DNA from: a virus
Lineage: Duplodnaviria; Caudoviricetes
Direction: 5' to 3' (one strand)
Length of the DNA stretch: 61,345 nucleotides
IMG/VR virus record: IMGVR_UViG_3300036861_000887
Span: 1 to 61,345 of that record
The translations under genes and the position numbers were made by a program. The notes below the pieces were generated by a model. It was not told where the DNA came from, searched no databases, and saw only the letters and a list, made by a program, of their open reading frames with translations. The first letter of the stretch is position 1. Every line of letters starts with the position of its first letter. This document shows, piece by piece, positions 35,463 through 45,594 of the stretch.

Positions 35463-38400
35463 ATGAAAGACAACCAATTGAAGCGTATGAACACCGCCCC
35501 ACAAGGAGACACGACCATGTACCGCATGCAGGCCCGACGACAGCAGCAGGAGCGCCTCAGCTATGTGCTCCTCACCGCCGCACTGATCATTCCGTTGGGA
35601 ATCATTGGATGGGTCATTATGATGGCATTACAGGGCTAACACACCCCACACAGGAGCACGACCATGGCAAAGCGCATTCTCACCAAAGGCAGCCGCGTGG
35701 CGATCATTGGCCAACTCTCCGGCCGCTGGACGGTGTATGTTGGCTATCAGGGCTCGCAGCACATTCCTGGGGAAGAAACGATCCCCGGCCGCTGGTTCAA
35801 GGGCTACAAGGATTGTAGCGCCACGTTTGCGACGGAAAAGACCGCGCTGAAGAAAGCGCAGGAGTTTCTGACCCACTGAGGGAGCCGTACATGAAGTATC
35901 GCGACCAGGCCATCAATGTCGTCTACGGCTGGGAGACCAACTACAAGAAATCCCTAACCGACGTGGACAGGGAGGGATTGGTGAGTATGATTGCGTACGC
36001 CCTGCGCAAAGCGGCATACTTTGCCCAAAAACCACAGGCGGAACCCGTTATCCACCCGGATGCCTAGCCGCACGCACAGGAGCACAGGATGTGGCAATTG
36101 TGGATCGTCTGTCACAATGGGCGGTACATTGCCAATATCGCCCCCACGCTCCAGCCACTGCTTCAGGAGGGGCAGGAGATGCTGGTCAAGTTTAGTGGAG
36201 GATATTCCAGCCTACAGTACGTCTGTATCGAAAAACTCTGGTAGGGAGAGTCTCATGGACCGCAACTTCAATGCACACCTCGCACTACAGGCGCACCGCG
36301 AGACATTACGACTCTACCGCGCCCTCTATGCGGCCGCTGAAATCGCCTGGAAACACTGGTATGAGTTTGGGCCAGAGCATGGGTTTGGCGAATGTATGGA
36401 CCGAATCGAGCGGGAATTAGCGGCGCTCGGAGCATTGACCGAGCAGAAGTTTGACAAAAAACAGGTCTTTGACATGCTTGGGCGCATGTTTGACGAGGAG
36501 AGGAAGCCCAGAAAGTGAGGGGATATGTCCAACACCATCAAGCTCATGGCCCGCGTCAATGGCGAGGAGTATACGCAAATTGTGGAGGTGGAGGAATCAA
36601 CCACAGAGAGTGATTGCGACGATCTGGCCGAAGAGTTTTACTGGCACATTGCGCACATGGAAAATAACGATGGGTATCAATGGGAGGAAGTCCCCGATGG
36701 CGCAGCAGCGGTATCACCCCTGCGAGAACCGCCACGGCTGTGAGCGCCTGGTCGCGCAGGGCACGGAGTACTGCTGTCTGCCCTGTCGCTTGGCGGCAGA
36801 AGGCGGCTACGAGATCCACGAGGGCGGGATCCTTGGGCATTCTGAGGGATGTGACACACGGCAAAAGCTGAGAAGGATGGAGTAAATGGCCACACTGAAC
36901 ATGGACGAAAACGACATCGTTGCCACCTTGGCCGACCTCGGACTGACCGGACAGGCCAGGTTGCACGGCATCATCCTGTCTACACGGCAAGAGAACGATG
37001 CCGAGTGGATGTTTGCTGGCTCCGTTGCCGATGAGCAAGAAGCGCAACGGACAATTGATGCCTACTTTGCCTAAACGACACCCCGCGCCGCCGATTCCTG
37101 CCACAGAGTGACGGCGCGGGAGGAATCCCTTTCCCCACACAAGGAATGGAGCGCACATGACTGTACCACAGACCGAGCCACACGACAAGCACCGCGTGCG
37201 GCGTCCTGGGATGTCCAGAGGCTGGAGAGCGCGGCAGATGAGTCCTGAGGCGTTGGCGAAAGACATCGCAGAGTCCATCATGTTGGACAGCGTGTATGGC
37301 CAGCCGGTACGCACACCGGACGCATTTACCACCTGTCCCGAAACGGTAGCCCTCGTCGCGGCCCTGCTGGCTGCGGCCTAACCCCCACGGGGCGGGACAT
37401 CCCGCCCCACAAGGAGACCTAACCGTGGCACACGACACAGACGCCTATGCGTACCACGGCTACATGGTGCGCGAGGCAGACACCGCTCCCGACGAGATCC
37501 GTCTCTGGTACGCCACCCCACTGGATCGCGACGAAGAGCTCTATGGGCCATGTGAAAGCCCCGCAGACGTCGAGACATGGATTGACGAGAAGCAGACTGA
37601 GTAATCACCAGACCGGGCGGGCCATCCCGCCCTCAGAAGGAGCACACACATGGACGCAGCAGCACGGCAGCAGATACGACAGGCCCAAGACGAACACGAA
37701 GCGCTCTACGATGCCCTCCAGGCCACGCTGTCCGCCGCCGAGTGGCAGGCCCTCATCGCCTTCAACACCTATTGCGCACACAAATGCGGCCTCCGCCTCG
37801 ACCTGTATCGACGCGACACAGGCACCCCAGCCTATCGATTTCGCCCAATGACCCCGGCAGAAATCCAGGACTGGGCGGAAGGTCGCGTCGAGGATCAACT
37901 CTAACCACCCCGCACCGGGCGGGCCGCCCCGCCCCACAAGGAGCCCTGACCATGTCCCCTGAGACGGTGTACCGCACGGCCACCCGCCACTTCACCGTGG
38001 TGGAGGCCCATCCCTATCATCAGCGGCTGGCGCCCCCGACCCGGGGCCTCACCAATCCGACCCTACCGCCCGACGACAGCGGGGTGTACCGGCGCGCCTA
38101 TGACCCGCAGTGCCCACGGTGTCGCGCCGAGAGGAGCCACAACCATGGCCACTGACGTGATCAAGGAAGTCTATTGGGACGTGATAGCCACCAACCGCGA
38201 CCGTTGTTTTACCGGCGGCGACTATGACTATGGACGGACCTTGTACCGGAACATTGAGACCGGACTGATTGAAGCAGAGCGGCACTGGACAAGTGCGGAC
38301 TTCGAGTACTGCCCTGTCTACGGCGGGTTTGGCTGTTCCCATGGCTACCTGGATGCCGAATGCCATGTGGCCCTGTGGGAGACAATCGACAGTCTCCACG

Positions 38401-38687
38401 TGCTCTTTACCGTCGAGATGCTCCCGACCACCAGAAAGGACTAACCCATGACCACGCTCACGACCGACGATCCAGAGTCCCTCCTGTTACGCGCCCTGCA
38501 CGTCACGCAGCAAGCGCACATCAACGCCCTTCTGGTCCTGAATATGCGCTACTACGCCGCCCTACAACGCCTCGCGGTGGTGCACACGCCCCGGGGCTGG
38601 CGGTGTAGCCTATGTCACAGGACCGGCCTGACGGCGGCCCTGCTCACGCATTGCGGGAGCTGCCTGCTGGTCGCCCCATCCGCCTAA
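35463..38687 (+). other. Early array of about 14 small genes (e.g. 35517-35639 TM peptide, 35664-35879, 35891-36067, 36255-36518, 36525-36743, 36886-37074, 37157-37381, 37425-37604, 37650-37904, 38145-38444, 38448-38687)
   Basis: Short ORFs, most with a strong (A)GGAG RBS, co-oriented downstream of the promoter; no known domains recognised. Confidence 0.7.
37389..37943 (+). repeat. Three intergenic GGGCGGG-N4-CCCGCCC hairpin plus AAGGAG elements
   Basis: Copies at 37389-37416, 37615-37642 and 37917-37943. Confidence 0.85.
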
Positions 38688-38695
38688 CCGCCTCT

Positions 38696-38717
38696 GGGCA
38701 CTCCCCACAGAGTGCCC
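38696..38717. terminator. Hairpin at the convergence of two operons
   Basis: GGGCACTC-cccaca-GAGTGCCC; no U-tract, so its terminator role is uncertain. Confidence 0.45.
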
Positions 38718-39665
38718 TAGAAATACCAGCAGTCTTTCAGCTGCCCCGACCCCCGGCAGTTGGGACACTGCTGGATGTCCCCATCATACGGCCCATTGAT
38801 ATAATCATCACTGTCCCAATTGACCCCTACAATCCCCCAGCCCTCGCCCCCGCAGGTCCAGCAGGACGTGTCGCAGAGCGGACACCCTTCCTGTTGACAC
38901 CCACAGCGGTCCTCCTCCTCGCGCTCGTCCACTGGCTCAGCCATCTTGGTCCCTCCGCGTACCCGCCTCCACGGCCACGCGCGGGAGGAACGGGTCGCCC
39001 TCCCGCTGCCGCCGCATCCCCCCACACCACTCCGGACTGGCACAGTGCCAATAATCCGCAGACCGGCAGTCCGGACAATACAGCCCCGCCGGACAGTCGC
39101 GGACTGGCGCATCCGCCGCCGGCACCGGCTCCAAATAGTCCCAGGGTTCCCGTGTCATGTCAAAACCTCCAGTGTGCCATTCTACCCACCCAGCAGCCTC
39201 ACCAAGCCACGCTGCCTATATCCCCACGCTTTTCACCCGTTCTCGCAGCCGTGGCCCCCTCTCGTTCGCCGTTGCGCTATTCCTGTGGCTCTTCTCGCAC
39301 CACCCCCGCACAATGCGGCAAACTGGGATGCGGATGCAGCATGTCATGCACACGCACCCAGAACCCACAGTACCCGCACTCCCGCTCCAGGACACGCTTG
39401 AGCAGCCGCGTGGCTGCCGGGAGCGGCAGGCCCACGACGCGCGCCAGCACCTCGCAGACCGGGCAGCCGAGGGGTGGGTAGGTGGCGAGCATCAGCGCAC
39501 CCTCCCCTTCTTCTTCCGCACCGGCGCCTCCCCGGCGGGCAGTGCTGGCACCACGAGCACGGGTTGCTCCTCTTCCAGTCCACACACGGTACAGCGAGCC
39601 GCGTACAGGCTGCGCGAAAAGTACGCGGTAATGAGGTGCCAGTCGCAGACATGGGGCTCGCTCAT
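38717..39665 (-). other. Cluster of small CxxC (zinc-finger-like) hypothetical ORFs
   Basis: CWTCGGEG...CPNCRGSG (DnaJ-zinc-finger-like), LYCPDC and CPVC...CGYC motifs in successive short ORFs. Confidence 0.5.
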
Positions 39666-40006
39666 GGCTGCTGCCCCTCCAGTGGCTCATACGTCGCATA
39701 CAGCCGCCGCACCTCCGCGAGCACCTCGGGCAACATGTCATGGCACAGGCAGTAGAACACCGCATTGGCCTGACTCGTGCGCCCATTGCCCGTGATCGCC
39801 ACCCACACGGCTTCCTCAGCGGGGTCTTTGCCTTCCTCGAGTTGAATGACCCCATGCACGGTCGCCCCCGGGGACCTGCGGACACAATCGGCAAAGTACT
39901 GCACCGGGTCCTGATCGTCGGGGAACGCCGCCCAGGCGACCGGGGCGGACGTGGCCGCGGCCGTCAGGCCCTCCAGGGAGGCTAGCAGATCACGGGAGAG
40001 CGGCAT
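39662..40006 (-). CDS. Ead/Ea22-like protein
   Basis: LEGLTAAATSAP...ANAVFYCLCHDMLPEVLAEVRRL pattern. Confidence 0.55.
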   Translation of the reverse strand: MPLSRDLLASLEGLTAAATSAPVAWAAFPDDQDPVQYFADCVRRSPGATVHGVIQLEEGKDPAEEAVWVAITGNGRTSQANAVFYCLCHDMLPEVLAEVRRLYATYEPLEGQQP

Positions 40007-40373
40007 GAGAGTCCTCCGTCGGAAAGAGCCCTGGCGCGTCCGCGAGCGCCACCGCCTGGAGCGTCGTGACAATGTCCTGTTGCAGGCTGATGCGCGCGTC
40101 CGCATCCCGTTGCAGGAGTACGCCCTGGCGAACGTAGTGGGCATACACCCGCTCCATCCGCTCCAACTGATTCTGGGCTTCGGTAATCTGTTGGGCAATG
40201 GTGCTCATACGAACCTCCCTTGGGTTATTGCTGCCGGAATCCTGGCCACAGCCAACACACCACACGACTGAGCCGTGCTGCAAGACTGGGCGCCCATGCA
40301 AACACTTCCGCAAGAAACCACACCACAACTCGTTTTGTCCGCACGCCCCAGCCCATTGGTGGCAATAGATGCA

Positions 40374-42107
40374 TTAGTCGGCAACTCCTTCAGCCCCTTC
40401 TGGGCCAAATTCGTTGTACCGTCCACAGCTTTTCTCTAGCCATAAATCAATCTTCCCCGGATGACCAATCTCTCGATACCGCACTTTTTGCACATGCAAC
40501 TCAACGTGACCGTCTCCCGCCTCAACATCCCGCCAGAGGGTTAAGCAGTTATCCGCTTTATTCCGCCAATGGGAACTACCAGAAATGTCATAGGGGCTTG
40601 GTGGAGGGTATTGCCCTGCATACGCACCGGAGACCGCCTTTGTCATCTTGGTCGGATGCACCACAATCCAGACATGCACCCCGTGAATACGGGCAAACCG
40701 CCGAATCTGTGTCAGGGTTTGGGAGATGTATTCTGTTTCGGTCATATGCGAGGGACGACTGTGCTCAATCTCATTCCACGGATCAATAATGAGCCCCTTA
40801 ATGCCCATGCGATAGACCTGGACCTTGGCAAGATCGAGCAACGCGCCAATGGTCGGGGCTTCGTCCTCTGGAAGCAGAAAGCAGAAGCTCGCGTTGAGCC
40901 AGTCCATAGCCTGTTCCATCTGCTGGGGAGGCATCCGGACCGCCGCACCATCAAATGGTTGGCCAGTCTGTTGCTCCATCAGGAGCGCCGCATAGCGTTC
41001 GAGCGGATATTGTTCCGGGGTAAACACCGCAAAACGCCAGCCGTGCGAGGCCGCGAGATTGATCATCATGGCACTCACAAACTGACTCTTCCCGTGCGAC
41101 GGAATCCCTGTGACAATGGTAAACTCTCCCGCTCGCACGGTGTAATGCTGCGCCACTTTGTGCCATCCTGGAGACGTGCCACGCTGTATCCCCTGATGGT
41201 AGAGTTGGGTAATGCCATTGCGAATCATGTCAATGGTGACAATCCCCTGGACAGGCCAGGGCTCCGCATGCTCGATACATTCCCGCACGATATGTGCGCC
41301 CTGATGCATCAGCACATCGTTGGCATCTTTACATTCACTGGACCACTGCACGGTATAGCAGCGTTCCGGGCCAAGCCTTCGCGCCAGCTCTTGCGCCAGG
41401 CGCTGCCCAGGGAGGTCATTGTCTACGGCCAGGATAATGCGCTTGAGCGGTTTCAGGAGCGCTTCTGCGGAGAGGAGAAAGTCAAATTTGTGCTCATAAT
41501 GCTTTGTGTCTGGCGCTGGCGCACCATCGGGCACTGAGACGACACTCGTATAGCCCGCCACTTCGAGCGACAGCTTGTCGATTTCCCCTTCGCAGATCAG
41601 TACGGTGCTTCCCGCGATATCATCCAACCCGTACAAGATGCGCTCGGCACCGCCAGACATCCGGAAGAACTTGCGCCCATCGCGGTATTTGACATTGACC
41701 ACTTCGCCGTTCCGAAAATAGGGGAACTGGATGGCGGGAACCTCTTGTTCAACCTGAGGCATGTATACCGGGCCGTAGCTGATGCGATTCCGGGCCAGAA
41801 TCTTTTCAGGAATCTCCCGTGTAGCAAACCAGTCAACCACGCGCTGGGGAAGCGCCGTCTGTCGGTAGACTGGTTTGCGAAAAATGAGCGGGGTGGCATA
41901 CGGGTTGGACCGTCGGTCTTCCCCTTTCCCGAGGGTGCCAGACCACTCACAATGCCAGCAATGCCACACGCCTTTATCAAGATTGAGGTTGAGACACGGG
42001 TAGTGTTTTTTCTTGCGGTGAGCCGAACACGCCGGACACACCGTTTTGAATTCGCCCGTGGTATGTCCTTTGGTATCGATGCCAAAATCTGTCCACGTCC
42101 GTTGCAT
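40374..42107 (-). CDS. Twinkle/T7 gp4-like primase-helicase
   Basis: CPAC...CWHC zinc finger; ICEGEIDKLS and LAVDND TOPRIM motifs; TGIPSHGKS Walker A; LIIDPWN; YDISGSSHWRNKADN. Confidence 0.93.
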   Translation of the reverse strand: MQRTWTDFGIDTKGHTTGEFKTVCPACSAHRKKKHYPCLNLNLDKGVWHCWHCEWSGTLGKGEDRRSNPYATPLIFRKPVYRQTALPQRVVDWFATREIPEKILARNRISYGPVYMPQVEQEVPAIQFPYFRNGEVVNVKYRDGRKFFRMSGGAERILYGLDDIAGSTVLICEGEIDKLSLEVAGYTSVVSVPDGAPAPDTKHYEHKFDFLLSAEALLKPLKRIILAVDNDLPGQRLAQELARRLGPERCYTVQWSSECKDANDVLMHQGAHIVRECIEHAEPWPVQGIVTIDMIRNGITQLYHQGIQRGTSPGWHKVAQHYTVRAGEFTIVTGIPSHGKSQFVSAMMINLAASHGWRFAVFTPEQYPLERYAALLMEQQTGQPFDGAAVRMPPQQMEQAMDWLNASFCFLLPEDEAPTIGALLDLAKVQVYRMGIKGLIIDPWNEIEHSRPSHMTETEYISQTLTQIRRFARIHGVHVWIVVHPTKMTKAVSGAYAGQYPPPSPYDISGSSHWRNKADNCLTLWRDVEAGDGHVELHVQKVRYREIGHPGKIDLWLEKSCGRYNEFGPEGAEGVAD

Positions 42108-42119
42108 ATCATGCTCCTG

Positions 42120-42917
42120 TTAGAGAACTAACCCGCTGCGGGTAGACTGTCCCCCACGTGGGGAGAGACGCGCAGCAGCATTGCGCATCCATTTGCGCCA
42201 CGCTTTGGCCCAATCGCTATGCGGGTCTTTGTACTCGTGGTCGCGCATCTGCGCCGTTTCCCAGTCAATATCGACGGCTGGGACTTCACGCGCAGCCCAT
42301 AATCGGAGCGCCTCAGTGACGACAAAGGTGTCTGGCACAAATTTCGAAATGGGCGATAGGTTTGACCTGGGGGAGACTCTAGAGAGGGGGTCTTTCTTAC
42401 TCTTCTTCAATCCTAGCTTCTTCTCAATCCTAGAAGACAAATCAGGTTGACCGAAATTCGGTTGAACGGATTTCTGTACAGGTTCACCGAAATCAGGTTT
42501 GGTGACTTCGGATGAAGCGCTTGATTTTTCTACACATTCACCGAAATCAGGTTTGGCGACTTCGGCTCCGAAATTATGTTTCGTGACTTCGGTACCGATA
42601 TCAGGTTTAATGATTTCGGTTGGGCATTCGTACACAATCGTTTCCCAGCCGGTAAACTTTCCTCCGTGTCCCTTGACACGTTCCCGCTTCGCATAGCCGA
42701 TGGCTTCGAGTTCATGAAATGCCGAAGCAATAGAAATCCGGCCCTCGCTTGGACTTTGGGCCACAAGATCTTCATAGCGGATTTCCCAATTGTCTGGCTT
42801 AGTGAGGAGGTAGGTGAGCAGCCCGCGTGCCCTGAAGCTCAGGCGCGTATCATTCAGGCCGGTTTTATCCAGAATGACATAGTTATGCTCATGTCTGAGC
42901 ACACGAACTATCGGCAT
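42120..42917 (-). CDS. Phage replication initiator protein
   Basis: NDTRLSFRARGLLTYLLTKPDNWEI winged-helix N-terminus, repetitive linker, DWAKAWRKWMRN C-terminus; directly upstream of the helicase. Confidence 0.85.
   Translation of the reverse strand: MPIVRVLRHEHNYVILDKTGLNDTRLSFRARGLLTYLLTKPDNWEIRYEDLVAQSPSEGRISIASAFHELEAIGYAKRERVKGHGGKFTGWETIVYECPTEIIKPDIGTEVTKHNFGAEVAKPDFGECVEKSSASSEVTKPDFGEPVQKSVQPNFGQPDLSSRIEKKLGLKKSKKDPLSRVSPRSNLSPISKFVPDTFVVTEALRLWAAREVPAVDIDWETAQMRDHEYKDPHSDWAKAWRKWMRNAAARLSPRGGQSTRSGLVL
42487..42619. repeat. Iteron-like repeats (candidate replication origin)
   Basis: Four 25-bp units of consensus CCGAAATCAGGTTTGGTGACTTCGG at 42487, 42541, 42568 and 42595, plus degenerate copies at 42439-42464. 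Confidence 0.8.
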
Positions 42918-42975
42918 AACATCCCCTCTGCCCATTTGTTCCCTCTGGCACGGACGTGATACATGGTGTATATTC

Positions 42976-43020
42976 CCAGTAACGTACTGGCTTCATGATA
43001 CATTACCAGCAACTTACTGG
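42976..43020. promoter_or_regulatory. Tandem palindromic operators between rep and the RHH gene
   Basis: CCAGTAACGTACTGG (42976-42990) and CCAGCAACTTACTGG (43006-43020), 30 bp apart. Confidence 0.65.
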
Positions 43021-43030
43021 CAATAGAATA

Positions 43031-43216
43031 ATGGATAAACCAAAGCGGCGAAAATCCCCAAAAAGTGCGATGGCGACCAAGAAAGTCACCATCGTGATCC
43101 CCGAGGCCCTAGACGCGCACATCTACGCGCTCGCGGAACAGGAGTACGTCGGGATAAGTGAGATGTACGCCTGCCTCCTCCAAGAAGCGCTCGACCACCG
43201 CGCGCGCCAGGGCTAG
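43031..43216 (+). CDS. Ribbon-helix-helix regulator
   Basis: KKVTIVIPEALDAHIYALAEQEYVGISEMYACLLQEAL is an RHH pattern. Confidence 0.75.
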   Translation: MDKPKRRKSPKSAMATKKVTIVIPEALDAHIYALAEQEYVGISEMYACLLQEALDHRARQG

Positions 43217-43220
43217 CCCA

Positions 43221-43553
43221 TCACCACCGCACACGGGACCGCCGCCCCGGCCGCCGACTCCGGCGCCGCACCTCCGCCCGTGGCAGGGCCGCGACTTCCG
43301 CTGCCGCGCGCGCATTGTTACACCGCAGACACGCCAGCACCGTCCGCTCCTCGCCATCGGGGCCTCTCTCCCGTCGCCCCGGATCGAGTCGGCTCCGGAG
43401 GTGGTCGACCGTCGCCATCTCGGGCGGCAGGTGTTTGAGATGCGCCGACGGATACCCCGGCATCTCCTCCGGGGGAATCGTCTTGACCCCACAATAGACA
43501 CAGTGCGGATTCTGCGCCCAGAGCCGCCGCCGCCGGTATTTCAGCTTCGCCAT
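43221..43553 (-). CDS. HNH endonuclease
   Basis: HCVYCG...ATVDHL...VLACLRCNNAR. Confidence 0.85.
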   Translation of the reverse strand: MAKLKYRRRRLWAQNPHCVYCGVKTIPPEEMPGYPSAHLKHLPPEMATVDHLRSRLDPGRRERGPDGEERTVLACLRCNNARAAAEVAALPRAEVRRRSRRPGRRSRVRW

Positions 43554-44187
43554 GGCGCTCCTCCTCCCCGCACCGCCGACACTGCGCCACCCATGGAGCA
43601 AAGCAGCGGCGACACACCGGGCACTGCCACCCCTTCGGCGCCTGCTGCACCTCCAATGCGCGCAGCGTCTTCGCCTCATTCCGCGTGAGCGGCCGGAGAT
43701 ACCGCAGCATCTTGAGGCGGCTCGCTTCCTTGAGGGCCACCCGCTTCCCCTCGCGCATCCGCCCAATCGTGGAGAACGAGAGCCCACAGGCCTGTGCCAC
43801 GATGCGGAGCGGCTGCCCCGCGCCTTTCGTCACAAAGGCCGTAATGAGTGCGTCGTCTGCCTCGCGCATAGCCTCCACTTCTCCCACACTGGTGTCCGCA
43901 GGCTGCCGCGCCAGCATCTCGTCCGGCACGAGCACCAACGCAGGCCCCGCCACGTTCAAGACGTTACGCATGGCGCTATCGAGCTTGACGCGGAGCCAGG
44001 TGGCGATGCTGGTCCCTTTGGCCGGATCGTAACTGGCATGCGCCAGGGTGATGGCGAGGTTGCCCACCTCCTGGTAGTCCGACCGATCCGTCCGCTTCCC
44101 CTGGGCACGCCACCAGAAATCCGCCCGCTGCGCGCATAGGACAAGCACCTGCGACCAGGGCAGGCCATGGCAGGTGGCGTCGTCCAT
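43318..44187 (-). CDS. Sigma-region-2-like protein with C-terminal HTH and zinc finger
   Basis: DYQEVGNLAITLAHASYDPAKGTSIATW resembles sigma region 2; LRIVAQACGLSFSTIGRM HTH; GWQCPVC...CRRC. The 3' end overlaps the HNH gene. Confidence 0.55.
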   Translation of the reverse strand: MDDATCHGLPWSQVLVLCAQRADFWWRAQGKRTDRSDYQEVGNLAITLAHASYDPAKGTSIATWLRVKLDSAMRNVLNVAGPALVLVPDEMLARQPADTSVGEVEAMREADDALITAFVTKGAGQPLRIVAQACGLSFSTIGRMREGKRVALKEASRLKMLRYLRPLTRNEAKTLRALEVQQAPKGWQCPVCRRCFAPWVAQCRRCGEEERHGEAEIPAAAALGAESALCLLWGQDDSPGGDAGVSVGASQTPAARDGDGRPPPEPTRSGATGERPRWRGADGAGVSAV

Positions 44188-44679
44188 CCTTCCCCCTAGC
44201 GCGGCGCCTCCACCCGCACATCGGTGAGCTGCCGCGCTACCTCCGGGTCCATCTTGTACCGCAGGTGGCGATCCATCGTCCGGCAGCCGAGGCGATACCC
44301 CTGCACACACACCCAGCACTCACAGGCCTTCAGGTCCCAATGCTGCGACATAATTTGGAGCACAATATCCCTCGGCGTCTGTAACAGGTCCTCAATCGTC
44401 ATAGCGTCATGCCTCCTCTCTCGCTTCTCGTGACATCTCCTCCGCCACCGCCAACCCGTGCTCAAACTGCCGCAATGCCTCCGGCGTCAGGCTCGCCCGA
44501 AACGCCGCGATGTGGTCCAGGTACTCCTGCGCCGAGGGCACCTGCGGGAATAGCTTGAGCCTGGTCCCGCAGGTGCCCACAGGTCAGGGGCGTATGCTGC
44601 CCACAGGTGCGGCAGGTCGGCAGGCTGGGCACGGTGGTCCAGCGGCGACAGGTGGGGCAAAAGGTCTGGTCAGCGGGCA

Positions 44680-45342
44680 TTAGGTCACTCCTCTGAGTAG
44701 TTGCAAACCGATCCATTTTGTATAGGCTGGGGGAATGGCTTGCGACAGTTCCTCGCGACTCATCCAATCAATCCCCATGGCTTTCTGGGCGTCTGCATGC
44801 GAGATAGACGGCCGACGAATCCGGCTGCCGCCCTTCGCGGTTTTGCCAATGGTGTGGCCCCGCCCTTTCGCCACGCCCCCAAAGACGATGGCGTAGTCTG
44901 CCGTATGATCGCCGCAGTCGGTGCCAAAGAGGAGGCGGGAGGATTCAAACAGGCGGTGACGTTTCACCCGGATCCCGAGCGCTAAGCCACAAATCTGTAT
45001 GGGGAATCGGAGCGGAGCTCTCACGACATTCTCTAGGACATAGGGCACCTGCAACTGAAGGAGCATCTCCCGGAGCGGCGCAATGAGACGAGGGTGGTCG
45101 GTGCGGCCGTGGATGTTATTCGCGACGGTATAGGCCTGGCAGGGCGGGGAGGCGTGTATCAGATCATATTCCTGGCCATGTGCCGCAACGTATTCCAGCG
45201 CATCCGCCTGGATAAATGTCTCACCGCAATATCGTGCTTGAGGCTTGATATCGACACCGGTGACGCGGAATCCAGCATCCTGGTATCCTTTTGTTGCGCC
45301 ACCAGCCCCGCAGAAGAGATCAAGAAGGTGTGGTTTGCTCAT
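44680..45342 (-). CDS. DNA (cytosine-5) methyltransferase, orphan
   Basis: LLDLFCGAGG motif I, HASPPCQ catalytic motif IV, ENV motif VI, RHRLFE motif VIII, QAIPP motif X. Confidence 0.92.
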   Translation of the reverse strand: MSKPHLLDLFCGAGGATKGYQDAGFRVTGVDIKPQARYCGETFIQADALEYVAAHGQEYDLIHASPPCQAYTVANNIHGRTDHPRLIAPLREMLLQLQVPYVLENVVRAPLRFPIQICGLALGIRVKRHRLFESSRLLFGTDCGDHTADYAIVFGGVAKGRGHTIGKTAKGGSRIRRPSISHADAQKAMGIDWMSREELSQAIPPAYTKWIGLQLLRGVT

Positions 45343-45402
45343 GACACGCCTCGTATGCTGCAAGGCGTGCTCGCAATATTGGATGTCTCCTCTGCTGGCG
45401 TC

Positions 45403-45594
45403 GTGTCCGATTGGTGTCCGGGACTGGGAGGGACACAGGGGGAATTGTCCGGCATTTTGGTGGGACTGGTAGAGCGAAGCAGTAGGAGTTTTCCCAAGGT
45501 TTTCCCCAAGAAAGACGCCATATGTTGCCCATCATGCGCAACCGGTTTCCCCGTCATAGAACCTCCTCGTCTGACAGTGTCCGCTCAGTGTCCG
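45403..45594. other. Candidate attP region with arm-type repeats
   Basis: GTGTCCG pairs spaced 11 bp at 45403/45414 and 45577/45588, plus single copies, downstream of the integrase operon. Confidence 0.5.

Noticed and set aside
37389-37943. Regularly spaced repeats as a CRISPR array or integron attC sites
   Set aside because: Spacers are 200-270 bp protein-coding genes, the repeats are short hairpin-RBS units without GTTRRRY/RYYYAAC ends, and no cas or integron-integrase gene is seen.
43221-45342. C5 methyltransferase with HNH or GIY-YIG as a restriction-modification system
   Set aside because: The MTase is the short orphan type common in phages, is separated from the HNH gene by other ORFs and from the GIY-YIG gene by the att-like region; nothing supports a cognate pair.
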